From IMG/VR virus record IMGVR_UViG_3300034155_000028: a stretch of DNA of 64,000 nucleotides; one strand, written 5' to 3'. The translations under genes were made by a program, and so were the position numbers. Under the pieces are notes generated by a model. That model saw only the letters and a program-made list of their open reading frames with translations. It was not told the DNA's origin and made no database searches. Shown piece by piece: positions 10,631 to 20,133 of the stretch. The DNA comes from an uncultured virus (IMG/VR IMGVR_UViG_3300034155_000028) (taxonomy: Duplodnaviria; Heunggongvirae; Uroviricota; Caudoviricetes). The stretch's first letter is position 1. Every line of letters begins with the position of its first letter.

Positions 10631-11548
10631 CTATTCAGAATCTTCTTCAACAATTTCTTCTGGTATACTTTCAACAGTAGTCTTACTATTGATTATATTA
10701 CAACCCTGAATAGCCGTATTTAAAAGACTAGTAATGTTATTTACCGCCTCTTCAATTTTATTACTCATATCAACAAGACTAAACGTATCCATTCCTTTTA
10801 ATTCATCATCTAAAATCTTAGTAGCCATTCCCTTAATCATTGTATATGCACTACTATAATAACCCTCTACATGCCAAGTACCAGAATCAGTACGTACCAT
10901 GTATGTCCAGTTTAACTTATCAGCGGCTACTAACTTCCTCCTGTTATCAATTGTAATCTCACAGATTTCATGACCAGTTTTTGTTACCAAAGAATCTTCT
11001 TTTATTTCTGGCTTCGGATCAATTCCAGCTTGCTTATATCCAAGCCTATATGCTGACTCCAATCCAGTAATTTTCTTATTCTTAATCGCTAACCTAAACT
11101 CTGTAACAAATTCATCCTCTTCTAATTTACAACCCCTTTCACCTTTAAATTTATTATAAATTGTCGCTGCCGTCATTCGTACTTCACCAGTAATTCTTTG
11201 AGTAATCCATGGTTGAAGATGAATAATATATGGATCTAAACTTGATACCTCTGGCTCATCATCTTCATTAGATGCTGATGTAGACGTATCTCCAATCTGT
11301 TTATACCCCGCTCGCTTAGCTCCAACAATACCAGTAATTTTCTCGACCTTTACTGCGGCCCTAAACCCTTTAATAAAATCATCTTGCGACAATCCAATGG
11401 GATTAGTTTTTGTAAACTCAGCATATATATTTGCAGCAGGCATTTTTTTACCGTTACAAATATTTGCATCTACAAAGGATTGAATTGATACTAGGAACGG
11501 AGTAATTAGTGAAAGCGCTTTTTCTTCAGTGGTATTTAATTCGATCAT
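10631..11548 (-). CDS. Protein with two tandem winged-helix-like repeats, putative DNA-binding
   Basis: MPAANIYAEF...FRAAVKVEKITG...RAGYKQ repeated as MTAATIYNKF...FRLAIKNKKITG...RLGYKQ; the fold is inferred. Confidence 0.55.
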   Translation of the reverse strand: MIELNTTEEKALSLITPFLVSIQSFVDANICNGKKMPAANIYAEFTKTNPIGLSQDDFIKGFRAAVKVEKITGIVGAKRAGYKQIGDTSTSASNEDDEPEVSSLDPYIIHLQPWITQRITGEVRMTAATIYNKFKGERGCKLEEDEFVTEFRLAIKNKKITGLESAYRLGYKQAGIDPKPEIKEDSLVTKTGHEICEITIDNRRKLVAADKLNWTYMVRTDSGTWHVEGYYSSAYTMIKGMATKILDDELKGMDTFSLVDMSNKIEEAVNNITSLLNTAIQGCNIINSKTTVESIPEEIVEEDSE

Positions 11549-11561
11549 AAATAAATTCTTT

Positions 11562-12044
11562 CTAGTTACTTGTTATACAGTATAGTTTAATTTGGCGGTG
11601 TGAGAAACCCAAATCATCTCTTAATGTTGTTATTTTGTTTAAATGTAATTTTAAATCATTAACAGGTACACCAAATGCAGTTGGGTTGGTAATATCTTCG
11701 GTTGAAGAATCTAAAATGGATTCTCCACAAATACTGAATGTTTTTTTAATCCCATAATAATAATCATGGAAATGTTCTGTTAATAAATTATCATAAAATT
11801 CATCTGGGGTTTTTTTATATTTATCTGCAAGTTTAATTATTTCATCAGAAAATTTTGTTATAAAAGTGTCTTTTAAAACTTGGCCACAGAACTCACAATA
11901 TTTTCTAATCTTTCCATCATATGACATTTTAGAAACAGTTGAAGTGTTACAATATTTACACTGTGCAATCTTTGAAAATAATTCGGTTTTTTCTAATAAA
12001 AAACCCAATACTATATAAGAATAACAGCAACTCATAAATACCAC
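11562..12044 (-). CDS. Zinc-ribbon-containing hypothetical protein
   Basis: CKYC...CEFCG. Confidence 0.55.
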   Translation of the reverse strand: MVFMSCCYSYIVLGFLLEKTELFSKIAQCKYCNTSTVSKMSYDGKIRKYCEFCGQVLKDTFITKFSDEIIKLADKYKKTPDEFYDNLLTEHFHDYYYGIKKTFSICGESILDSSTEDITNPTAFGVPVNDLKLHLNKITTLRDDLGFSHRQIKLYCITSN

Positions 12045-12051
12045 CTTTCTT

Positions 12052-12882
12052 TCACGCCGTTTTCTTTTCTTTTTTAGCTTTTGAAATTGTTTCTTTAATA
12101 TTTTTCTTTGTTACCCCAGCACCAACTAAACTTTCTTTTAAGATTTTTTCTACTTCAGATGAACTAACTACTTCATTTGTTATTTTTTCAGAAACCAAAG
12201 TGGTTAGCTTATCAAAGAACAAATCATAATACTTGGAATGATCAAATGTGTCAACTGATAATTGATCTATTAACATTTGACCCATAGTCAAAAGCTCGGT
12301 TGATAGCGGAACCTTATCACACATATCATCAAAACTACGCACCTCACTACTGTAAAACATTTGGTGCATTACTAATCCATGTTGATAAGGACGAATAATA
12401 ACTAAACGATCCATACCCTTAGAAAACCAAGTACCAACCGCTGCCTTATTTGAATTTGAAAGCACTTGATATAATAATTGATAAACTGTATCCATACCTG
12501 TATCAGGACCAGTATAATAATTTTTCTCAATTGCAATAGGATCAATATCTGCAATTGAAATAAATTCTTCTAAATCAATTGTATCTTTCTGTGTTTGAAT
12601 ATTATCAATCTCTTCTTTAGTAAGGGTTACAAATTTATTCTTTTTATATTCATAACGCTTATCTGTATTTACTTCCTTGCTTTCAACAATTGGAATTTCT
12701 TTTACTTCTACTTCTGTAGTTGTTTCTAATACGGGTGTTTGCGTTATATTAGAATCAATTTGTTTGTTTGGTAAAGGCTTAGAGAACGAAACCTTTTGGG
12801 CCATACCAACAAGATAAAGCTTTAGATTAATAGTTGTTTGACCAAGAACTACAGATACTGTACCAACGCTTCGTGATGCCAT
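12052..12882 (-). CDS. ku: Prokaryotic Ku-like DNA end-binding protein
   Basis: MASRSVGTVSVVLG..INLKLY, YEY..KFVTLTKEEI, IDLEEFI..IDPI.IEKNYY.GPD, YQLL, RLVIIRP, EVRS, Y.D.F pattern. Confidence 0.88.
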   Translation of the reverse strand: MASRSVGTVSVVLGQTTINLKLYLVGMAQKVSFSKPLPNKQIDSNITQTPVLETTTEVEVKEIPIVESKEVNTDKRYEYKKNKFVTLTKEEIDNIQTQKDTIDLEEFISIADIDPIAIEKNYYTGPDTGMDTVYQLLYQVLSNSNKAAVGTWFSKGMDRLVIIRPYQHGLVMHQMFYSSEVRSFDDMCDKVPLSTELLTMGQMLIDQLSVDTFDHSKYYDLFFDKLTTLVSEKITNEVVSSSEVEKILKESLVGAGVTKKNIKETISKAKKEKKTA

Positions 12883-13345
12883 GATATTTATTTCTTTCTT
12901 ATGTTTGTTACCAAAGAATTTATATTATTAAACAAGTGTTAGTTTTGGTTTTATTGGGCCAATATTTTCTAAATATTTTTCAGCCCATTCGTTACAGACG
13001 CTTATTCCTAAATTATTATCGTCATACCAATTTAAAACATTTAGATCATTAATATTAATAAAAGCAACAAATCTACATCCTGTTTTAATTCGTACTTTTT
13101 TAAATTTATTATATGCTTGGTTAAGTTCGGTTTCTGAAATTATTCCATATAAACTTTCTGTTATTTCAAACATATCTTCTTTTATAAACCCTTGTTTTAC
13201 TGGTTTAGTTTTATTTCTAAAATGTGTTTCAACAATGTCTGAAGGGTTTTTGTTTGATAACCAAACCGTTTGATTTAAAACAGTTATAATTTCTAAAAGT
13301 TGTTCTTTATCTAAATCATCATATTCCATAGTGTTTATCCATATT

Positions 13346-13669
13346 GTGCAACCACCTCTTACCTTTAGTCAAGGGATAATTTGCCGTTAATTAATCTAAG
13401 TCGAGAAACACTAATCAATTTAATCTCTAATTAAGAGATTAAATATTTCTTTGAAAATAGAATAAGTGGTTCTTTTAAAATAATCTTAAATGATTTCCTT
13501 AAGAGATAAAATTAAAAGGTTAATTTAATGATCTTATGATTAGTAACCAATGTAATAAGATCAAAAGATTTTCTGAAAAGAAAAATTCGGCATGGAACAG
13601 GCCGAATTCAAAAGCTCTGAGAATGTAAATTCAATGAGAAGCTCTTGCCTAAAGGTAAGAGTAGTTCAC
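13346..13669 (+). mobile_element. Non-autonomous IS200/IS605-family (TnpB-type) element, about 320 bp, with hairpin ends
   Basis: Right end GAAGCTCTTGCCTAAAGGTAAGAGTAGTTCAC; left hairpin CTCTTACCTTTAGTCAAGGG (18/20 to the reverse complement of the right hairpin); no coding capacity; the TCAC end supplies the stop codon of 13666..13992. Left boundary is approximate. Confidence 0.65.
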
Positions 13670-13992
13670 TTTCTATAATTAATACTTCCACCAGCTGATA
13701 CTGATCCTGAAACATTACCAGTAATATTTGCAGAACCACCAGAAAAAATATTACCACCAACATTTCCTCCAATATTAGCACTTCCACCAGAAGAAACATT
13801 TCCATGTACATCATTACATGTAACACTTCCATCTGTTGTTAAATTTGCTAAATCACCCTCCCAAATAATATGTACTTCTCCTGATAAATTATCATCAATT
13901 GTTTTGCCATCAATAGAAATTTGTCCATTAACTATACTAATATTATTTCCTTGGACAGTTATTCTCTTTCCATCTATTATTATTGAGTTCAT
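13666..13992 (-). CDS. Gly/Asn-rich beta-helix-like small protein
   Basis: Repeated GNVxGNxxSGGSANI units. Confidence 0.65.
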   Translation of the reverse strand: MNSIIIDGKRITVQGNNISIVNGQISIDGKTIDDNLSGEVHIIWEGDLANLTTDGSVTCNDVHGNVSSGGSANIGGNVGGNIFSGGSANITGNVSGSVSAGGSINYRK

Positions 13993-14446
13993 ATGTTTTT
14001 CCTTTATGGTAAATATTTATCCCAAAAATTACGTTCTGAAATGTTTAGATATTTAGATAAAAATGTTATTTCTTCCAGTACTAGATCAATTCTTTTTTGA
14101 AACGATATTTTTAAATGGGTTACTTGTTCTTCAATTAATCCGTTTTCATTATCTGTTATACACATAATAGATTCGCAATATTCAACCCCTTCCTCCCAAG
14201 TTAATAAGTGTATAAATGATTTTGTAATGTTAACCGTTGTTTCAGACCCTAGTGACAGGATCTTAATTTCTGTTTGTAATTTAAAAATTCTTTCATCAAG
14301 AGTTGCATTAAAACTTTTGGAGAAACCATCAGGTACAATAGATATATTATTTTTTGAATCATCGGTTAAATTATCTAAAATAATATTACGCTCTTCTTCA
14401 CTTAGCTTGTTTAAAATTGTATTTAAATCTGTCATATAATATACTT

Positions 14447-14935
14447 TCAAATATTTAAAATATGTTTTGCATATTTTACAGATCCGCTTATGGTTGTTAA
14501 TATTGTTTTATCCCCTCTATAATAAGCGGCTGCTAAACGATGATATCCGTCTTGAACAATATATGTAACCTCAAACATTCCAGGAATACCCACATCAATA
14601 TCAATTGGTACATCGGATTTATTAACTACAAAATAAGCAATTCTTTCTACATGATCATTTCTATTCCAATCTCTGTCACCTTGATAATATTTGTTTAATA
14701 ATTTATTATTATCAATTGCTTCTTTGATTTCTTGTGTAGTTATTGGAGATGTTATTTCAGCCCATGTACTGTTTTCAAGAGGATTTAGCTCTTTAATAAT
14801 TTCTAAATCTAAAGAAATTTCTTCAACCCAATCTTGAGTATTGGGTTTGTGTTTAATAACCATATATAATTCCCTAATATAATATAAAATTTTTATTAAT
14901 AATATCAAGCCAACCAGACAAACCAGGATAACCAT
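14447..14935 (-). CDS. ParB/Srx N-terminal-like domain protein (true start probably downstream)
   Basis: PIDID...IVQDGYHRLAAAYYRG. Confidence 0.65.
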   Translation of the reverse strand: MVILVCLVGLILLIKILYYIRELYMVIKHKPNTQDWVEEISLDLEIIKELNPLENSTWAEITSPITTQEIKEAIDNNKLLNKYYQGDRDWNRNDHVERIAYFVVNKSDVPIDIDVGIPGMFEVTYIVQDGYHRLAAAYYRGDKTILTTISGSVKYAKHILNI

Positions 14936-15701
14936 ATCTACTTTCTCCAGAATATATTTTTAAATTATCTCTTCGTGTATAAATCCCACGATAATGTGTA
15001 TGCCCACACAAAACTATAAATGTTTTATCTGGGAAATGTTCTGCGTATCTATCTATCTCAGCACCAATATTAGCACTGGTATACCATGGTAAACTTTCTC
15101 TATCAGATATTTCTCCTTTATAAAAAGAAGCTTCTTCATACGGTGGAATGTGTGTTACAATTAATATTGTATCAGCATTGCTTTGACATACATCTTTTAA
15201 AGACTTGCCAAGAATCTTAGCTTGTTGATCTGCTCTTTCTCTAATTAATTGAATTAATATATCTCTATTATTTGTACCCGACATTAAATCAACTATATTA
15301 AACCAATCATTTAAAATTACTTTACTATTTGTATTTCCATAGTAAGCATCATACCACCCACCTACACCTACAATAGAAATATTATTATCTAATATAATTG
15401 TTTCTTTATTTAACCAATGAAGATTGGGATATTTTTTTATTAATTCTTTAACTTTTGTATCTACTCTAGCAAATGAAGAACCCCAATAATCATGGTTACC
15501 AAGTACAAAATATATTGGTTTGGGAAATCCTTGAGAGATTTGTTTTAAATGTTCAGGTAACATATCACTAGTAGAAATATCTCCACCAATAATTAATCCA
15601 CTTGCACTTGGGTTTTCTAAATTAATATATTGGAAAAATTCTTTAGTAGCATTTGGAACACTTAAACAATTCAAATGTAAATCATTTAAAAACAGTAACA
15701 T
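14874..15701 (-). CDS. Calcineurin-like metallophosphoesterase
   Basis: DLH, GGDI, GNHD, THIPP and GHTH motifs. Confidence 0.9.
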   Translation of the reverse strand: MLLFLNDLHLNCLSVPNATKEFFQYINLENPSASGLIIGGDISTSDMLPEHLKQISQGFPKPIYFVLGNHDYWGSSFARVDTKVKELIKKYPNLHWLNKETIILDNNISIVGVGGWYDAYYGNTNSKVILNDWFNIVDLMSGTNNRDILIQLIRERADQQAKILGKSLKDVCQSNADTILIVTHIPPYEEASFYKGEISDRESLPWYTSANIGAEIDRYAEHFPDKTFIVLCGHTHYRGIYTRRDNLKIYSGESRYGYPGLSGWLDIINKNFILY

Positions 15702-15714
15702 TAATATATCTTTC

Positions 15715-16047
15715 TTATATAATTTTAATCCAACTATATTTTCTTTCTGATAGTTTTGTTTTTCTTTCTAATATACTTGGAACCTTTTCTATAATACCAG
15801 CCTTAATAAATAACATACCGGAAAGATTTTGTCCAGCACTTTTGTTTCTATCTAATAACCATGCCATACGATCTTCTTGTCGTTGCCAACTAGGTGTATT
15901 TTCTCTTATTGTAATATCTGTATCTGTTTTAGGGGTATTAGATTCACCGGGTTTTCGTCTACGAATTACTGTACCTGATGGTTCTTCTATTTTAATTGGC
16001 TTCCAAATATTATTTAAGAAACTATCAATCAATTTTCTGGTAACCAT
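15715..16047 (-). CDS. Hypothetical; probable 3' half of a gene split by the IsrB element
   Basis: The frame continues upstream (LESTGKID) to the element end and can join 17422..17665 in frame. Confidence 0.55.
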   Translation of the reverse strand: MVTRKLIDSFLNNIWKPIKIEEPSGTVIRRRKPGESNTPKTDTDITIRENTPSWQRQEDRMAWLLDRNKSAGQNLSGMLFIKAGIIEKVPSILERKTKLSERKYSWIKII

Positions 16048-16133
16048 ATCAATCTTACCAGTAGATTCTAATCCTCAGCAAGGAAACAATATCTGCTACG
16101 CAGGCATGGAAGAATTGCTCTACTTTTTTTTTA

Positions 16134-17183
16134 TTATACTTTTATTCTTTCCACTTTCCATTTTACTATCCATCCTCTATATATCTCAATCTTTTCCTTG
16201 TCTATACTCTGTGATATTCTCTTCCCTTCTTCTAAATCATGTACAGATAATTTCCCGTCTATATTTCCTCCAATATAAGCATATATCTCTTTTTTCTTAT
16301 ATTTTACTTTTACTATTGTTCCCTTCGGAATTCCAAGAGATATTGTTCCTCCATATCTCTTTCTTTTTCCTCCTTTAGCAAACTGGAACATATGTAATTG
16401 TCTTCTATGTAATTCAATTTGCTCAAAATAATACATACTAATATTATCTGGATATGTTTGAATATTAAATGGGAAATTTGCCAACACCCAACTATCTACA
16501 TTATGGGCAGAAAATATTTTATCTAATTTCTTATTTGTTTTTTCTAAGTTTAAAGATTTTCTTTTTTCAGATGTTTCCCATCCTTTTTTCAAAATAAGAT
16601 TTCCATATTGTTTTAATATATTATAGAAATATTTCTTTCCAATTTCTAATGGTGAAAAATTCTTATTCCAATTTTTCTTTCCTTTTAATGTTTTAGCTTT
16701 TATATCTTCTACAATATATATCGATATTGGATATATTTTCCTTAATATATTTATTAATCTTAACTTTGAATTCCATCTTGCTCTTGTTGATGGTGGAATA
16801 AAATTTTTATTCTTCTTCCTATTTCGTTTATTCTTTTTATAAGGAGTTTTTCTAAATCTCCTTGATCTTCTCATGTATCTTCTAACCTCAACAGATTCTT
16901 TTACTCCTGTTCTAGCATTGGTTAAAATATTAATAAAAGTTTTATTCTTAGATTTAACAGTAATTGCTTCTCTTTTAGATCCTGAATCTATTCCACATGA
17001 TATCTCTTGAATATTTTCTTGAGATGGTTTTGATAATTTAAGATAACAAACACTATTTGTAAATTGTTTCTTAACTTTGTTTTGTTTAAGTAATTGTCTT
17101 GCTCTAGCAGGGTGACACGGCATAAGAGGATTTCCATTATAAGATATAATGGAAATCCAATGGTTGGAAGTTACCTTCCTCAC
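16134..17183 (-). CDS. isrB: IsrB-like RNA-guided RuvC nickase (RRXRR/PLMP family, no HNH), about 349 aa
   Basis: PLMPCHPARAR, RuvC-I GIDSG, Arg-rich bridge helix RRYMRRSRR, RuvC-II VEDIK, RuvC-III HNVDS; no HNH motif. GTG start at 17183 is preceded by GGAG; the ORF track extends to 17369. Confidence 0.85.
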   Translation of the reverse strand: MRKVTSNHWISIISYNGNPLMPCHPARARQLLKQNKVKKQFTNSVCYLKLSKPSQENIQEISCGIDSGSKREAITVKSKNKTFINILTNARTGVKESVEVRRYMRRSRRFRKTPYKKNKRNRKKNKNFIPPSTRARWNSKLRLINILRKIYPISIYIVEDIKAKTLKGKKNWNKNFSPLEIGKKYFYNILKQYGNLILKKGWETSEKRKSLNLEKTNKKLDKIFSAHNVDSWVLANFPFNIQTYPDNISMYYFEQIELHRRQLHMFQFAKGGKRKRYGGTISLGIPKGTIVKVKYKKKEIYAYIGGNIDGKLSVHDLEEGKRISQSIDKEKIEIYRGWIVKWKVERIKV

Positions 17184-17421
17184 GGATTGCTCCGGTAATT
17201 GCTCTCTTCGAGACTGATCATCATAGGGATTTCCAACTAGAGAAACATTAGAAATATATTTTTCCTTGCCACAGGAAGATGATTCAGTTTCCTTAATCTT
17301 CCTACTCTTACGAGCAGGAAGATCGGATACTCTAGTCATTGATTTAACTTGTTGTTTTGATTTTGGCATTAAACTACTCTAACAAGCCCTTCCAAGCTGT
17401 AAGCTTGGAAGGGTTTATGAC
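17165..17421 (-). ncRNA. omegaRNA/HEARO-like scaffold upstream of isrB
   Basis: Stems GTCAT/ATGAC, CCCTTCCAAGCT/AGCTTGGAAGGG, CTTGTT/AACAAG and ATCTTCCTGCTC-GTAA-GAGTAGGAAGAT; covaries with the copy at 54930..55206. Confidence 0.85.
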
Positions 17422-17665
17422 ACATCTGATTTAAGAATTTTGCTTTCTCTTTAGGATCTCCCATTACCAATTCCATCATTTCATTATCAGATATTCTATC
17501 TTCTGGAGATACTTGATCTAATTCATTGGCTTCATGAAAAGTAGCTATACCTAAATAACCTAATTCAGATAATGCATTTCCTACTTGTTCTAGAATTTTA
17601 GCAGGATTAGTAGACCTAGATATTACATAATCGGTGAATTGTGAAGATAGTTTGTAAATTCCCAT
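17369..17665 (-). CDS. Hypothetical; probable 5' half of the gene split by the IsrB element
   Basis: The last 17 codons (CHKPFQ...) are read from element sequence. Confidence 0.6.
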   Translation of the reverse strand: MGIYKLSSQFTDYVISRSTNPAKILEQVGNALSELGYLGIATFHEANELDQVSPEDRISDNEMMELVMGDPKEKAKFLNQMCHKPFQAYSLEGLVRVV

Positions 17666-18356
17666 ATGAATATAAGTAAATATTACTAATTAATTATTTA
17701 ATGATTTTTGATTGGCAAATCCAAAATTAATTGTTTGACCATATTTTTCATAATTAATTTTAATATTTTCTATCTCTTCATCTGAAAAAATAATCTTTAA
17801 CTGTATCTTATCACAGGCTTCGTCCGGTGTTATCTTCCCTTCCTTAGCTAATTTTATTACTTCTTTTATTTTTAATTCTACCCGGGTAATAACATTTTGA
17901 TCAGCAAATACAATAGCAGAAGCTATAACGATAAGGAAGATATCAAGCCAACCATTTTGTTTTCTAGTCCATGTAGGAATATTATAATCTCCCCATAGAA
18001 CATTAGGTTTTGGAAATGGATATTTTAAATCAAAAGTTGTCATAATTTTTACCAAAGAATTTTATAAATCTATTAAATTAAAAATTGTACAAAACTTATA
18101 TACTTCACTGTATGTATATAGGCAATGTGATACAAAGCGGGTGTGTAAAGGGTATGAAAAAATATTTTCAAATAATCTTGTATCATATATTTTTAAACGA
18201 CACAATTCATAATCTCTAACAAAAAACGAAACAATAATAAAATTATCACCACTATTATATTTGTTTATTATGATATCTTTATTATCTTTACAATATAATG
18301 CAACTGATTCTAAATCTAATTTCTCCATACATATAATCTTTCTTTGGTAAAAATAT

Positions 18357-19184
18357 TTAAATTTTAATTTCTTCTACTATTTTAATTTTGCTTGCTCTTA
18401 TTTTATTTCTACCACAAATAATTACAGCAATATCTTCTAAATCAATTTCTACCTTAAACAGTTTTCCTGTAGAGTGATGGTCTAATGATCTCTCCTTTGT
18501 CCATGCAGATAATCCAAAACTATCGTCTTCGATTATATTATAATCTGCATGAGCCTCATATTCTTTTCCTACCTCATAATGATATTGAAAATTATAACAT
18601 GAATATCCATCAGATCTACAAGCCTTATATGCTATTACCTTATCTCCTATTATCTCATATGATGTATGTTCCTTAATATATTTTCTCTTATATTCCTTAT
18701 CCTTATATAACCAACATGTTTCTGGAATATCTAAATTATATTCTTTAATAAACTCTGGACTTAGCTTTTGATAACATGATATATTATATATATTTATCTT
18801 ATTAATAAACTCTCTAATAAACCCCTCACTAAGTTTTTGATATTGCGATATAAAACCCCAGTGAAGCCTATCAGAATTTTCTCTAATAAATTCTTCACTT
18901 AACTTTTGAGCATATGATATATCAGACCAACATATTTTATCGGAAAATTCTTTAATAAAACCTTCACTTAGTTTTTGAAACTCTGATATGTGATACCAAC
19001 ACACTCTATCAGTAAACTCTCTGATAAAATCTTCACTAAACCTTTGATAATATGATGCATAACTCCAGTTTATCTTATCAGAAAATCTTCTAATAAGATC
19101 CTCGCTTAAAACATAATGTGTACAAATATCATACCAATAATTAGTATCCGTATTATTGACTTCTATTGTAATTGTTTTAGACAT
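18357..19184 (-). CDS. Tryptophan-repeat protein with C-terminal domain, paralogue of 1199..2077
   Basis: About 6 repeats plus an AYKACRSDGYS...FGLSAWT domain. Confidence 0.8.
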   Translation of the reverse strand: MSKTITIEVNNTDTNYWYDICTHYVLSEDLIRRFSDKINWSYASYYQRFSEDFIREFTDRVCWYHISEFQKLSEGFIKEFSDKICWSDISYAQKLSEEFIRENSDRLHWGFISQYQKLSEGFIREFINKINIYNISCYQKLSPEFIKEYNLDIPETCWLYKDKEYKRKYIKEHTSYEIIGDKVIAYKACRSDGYSCYNFQYHYEVGKEYEAHADYNIIEDDSFGLSAWTKERSLDHHSTGKLFKVEIDLEDIAVIICGRNKIRASKIKIVEEIKI

Positions 19185-19188
19185 ATTT

Positions 19189-20133
19189 TTATTTAACCAA
19201 TCTCAACTTAACTATATTATTAAACTCAACTAATCTTCTATTGCACCCGTATTTACACTTTACAATATCTTTAACTCCAGGCTTGTTAAATATACCATCA
19301 CGAAACAAATGAGAACAAGCAGATGTTGACCCGTCCCAATTAATAACAACCTCTGATAAAGAAATATAACAAATACCATTTCCATTTTCAGGAAATCTAA
19401 TACCTTGCATTACTCTAAACTTCTCTTCAATTGTTTCATTTAATAATGCCCGACTCTCTTCATCCAAATGCTCATCCATATATGGTTTAATATTATTGAA
19501 AAAATCTGTAGCACACTCATCTGAAATAACAAACCTAGAATCACTTCCCTTATATACAGAAAAGAATATTGCATACAATCCAGATAATTCTTTATTAACA
19601 AAATCAATAAACCTTGGTATATATTTATAATTTTCTTTGGTAATAGTATATGTAATTGATGTTATAGTATCAGGTATTGCATTTTTAATATTTTTAATAA
19701 CTATATCAAACGCTCCCCTTCGTCCAACTAATTCATCCCAATATATAGAATCACAAGAATCTAAAGATATTTTTAATCTTTTAATATACTTAGCAGGAAT
19801 TGGTATAATTGCATTTGTGTTTAAATGAAATGTATAATCATTACCATTAGAAATTAAATAAGGATATAACCACTTAACTACCGACGGCTCTCCTCCAGTA
19901 ATGTGAATAATCGCATTAGAATATTTCTTTGCAATTTTATCAAAAACATCTTCACTCATTTCATTGGATGTAATTTTACTGTTACAATATTTACAATTGA
20001 GATTGCACTTTTCTGTAATAAAAACAGCTACCCGATCAATAGATGGCTGTGTATTATTATTTATACTCTCAACTGTACTATCTATTCTCTTAGAAAAATT
20101 ATCCCAATATAATGACTCTCTAATATTTAACAT
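19189..20133 (-). CDS. Radical SAM protein
   Basis: CNLNCKYC, ITGGEP, LNTNA, ISLDS; C-terminal Cys cluster. Confidence 0.9.
   Translation of the reverse strand: MLNIRESLYWDNFSKRIDSTVESINNNTQPSIDRVAVFITEKCNLNCKYCNSKITSNEMSEDVFDKIAKKYSNAIIHITGGEPSVVKWLYPYLISNGNDYTFHLNTNAIIPIPAKYIKRLKISLDSCDSIYWDELVGRRGAFDIVIKNIKNAIPDTITSITYTITKENYKYIPRFIDFVNKELSGLYAIFFSVYKGSDSRFVISDECATDFFNNIKPYMDEHLDEESRALLNETIEEKFRVMQGIRFPENGNGICYISLSEVVINWDGSTSACSHLFRDGIFNKPGVKDIVKCKYGCNRRLVEFNNIVKLRLVK

Larger units (their letters stand above)
16071..17421 (-). mobile_element. IS200/IS605-family OMEGA element (omegaRNA plus isrB), no tnpA
   Basis: Begins GTCATAAACCC-hairpin-GGGCTTG and ends GCAATTCTTCC...GTTTCCTTGCTGAGGAT, resembling IscB/IsrB element ends; boundaries uncertain by a few nt. 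Confidence 0.8.

Noticed and set aside
16134..17369. Calling the RRXRR protein IscB or Cas9
   Set aside because: No HNH domain between the RuvC motifs, the size fits IsrB, and there is no CRISPR array
1199..19184. Trp-repeat paralogues as a diversity-generating retroelement template/variable pair
   Set aside because: Differences are not confined to adenines and no reverse transcriptase is visible
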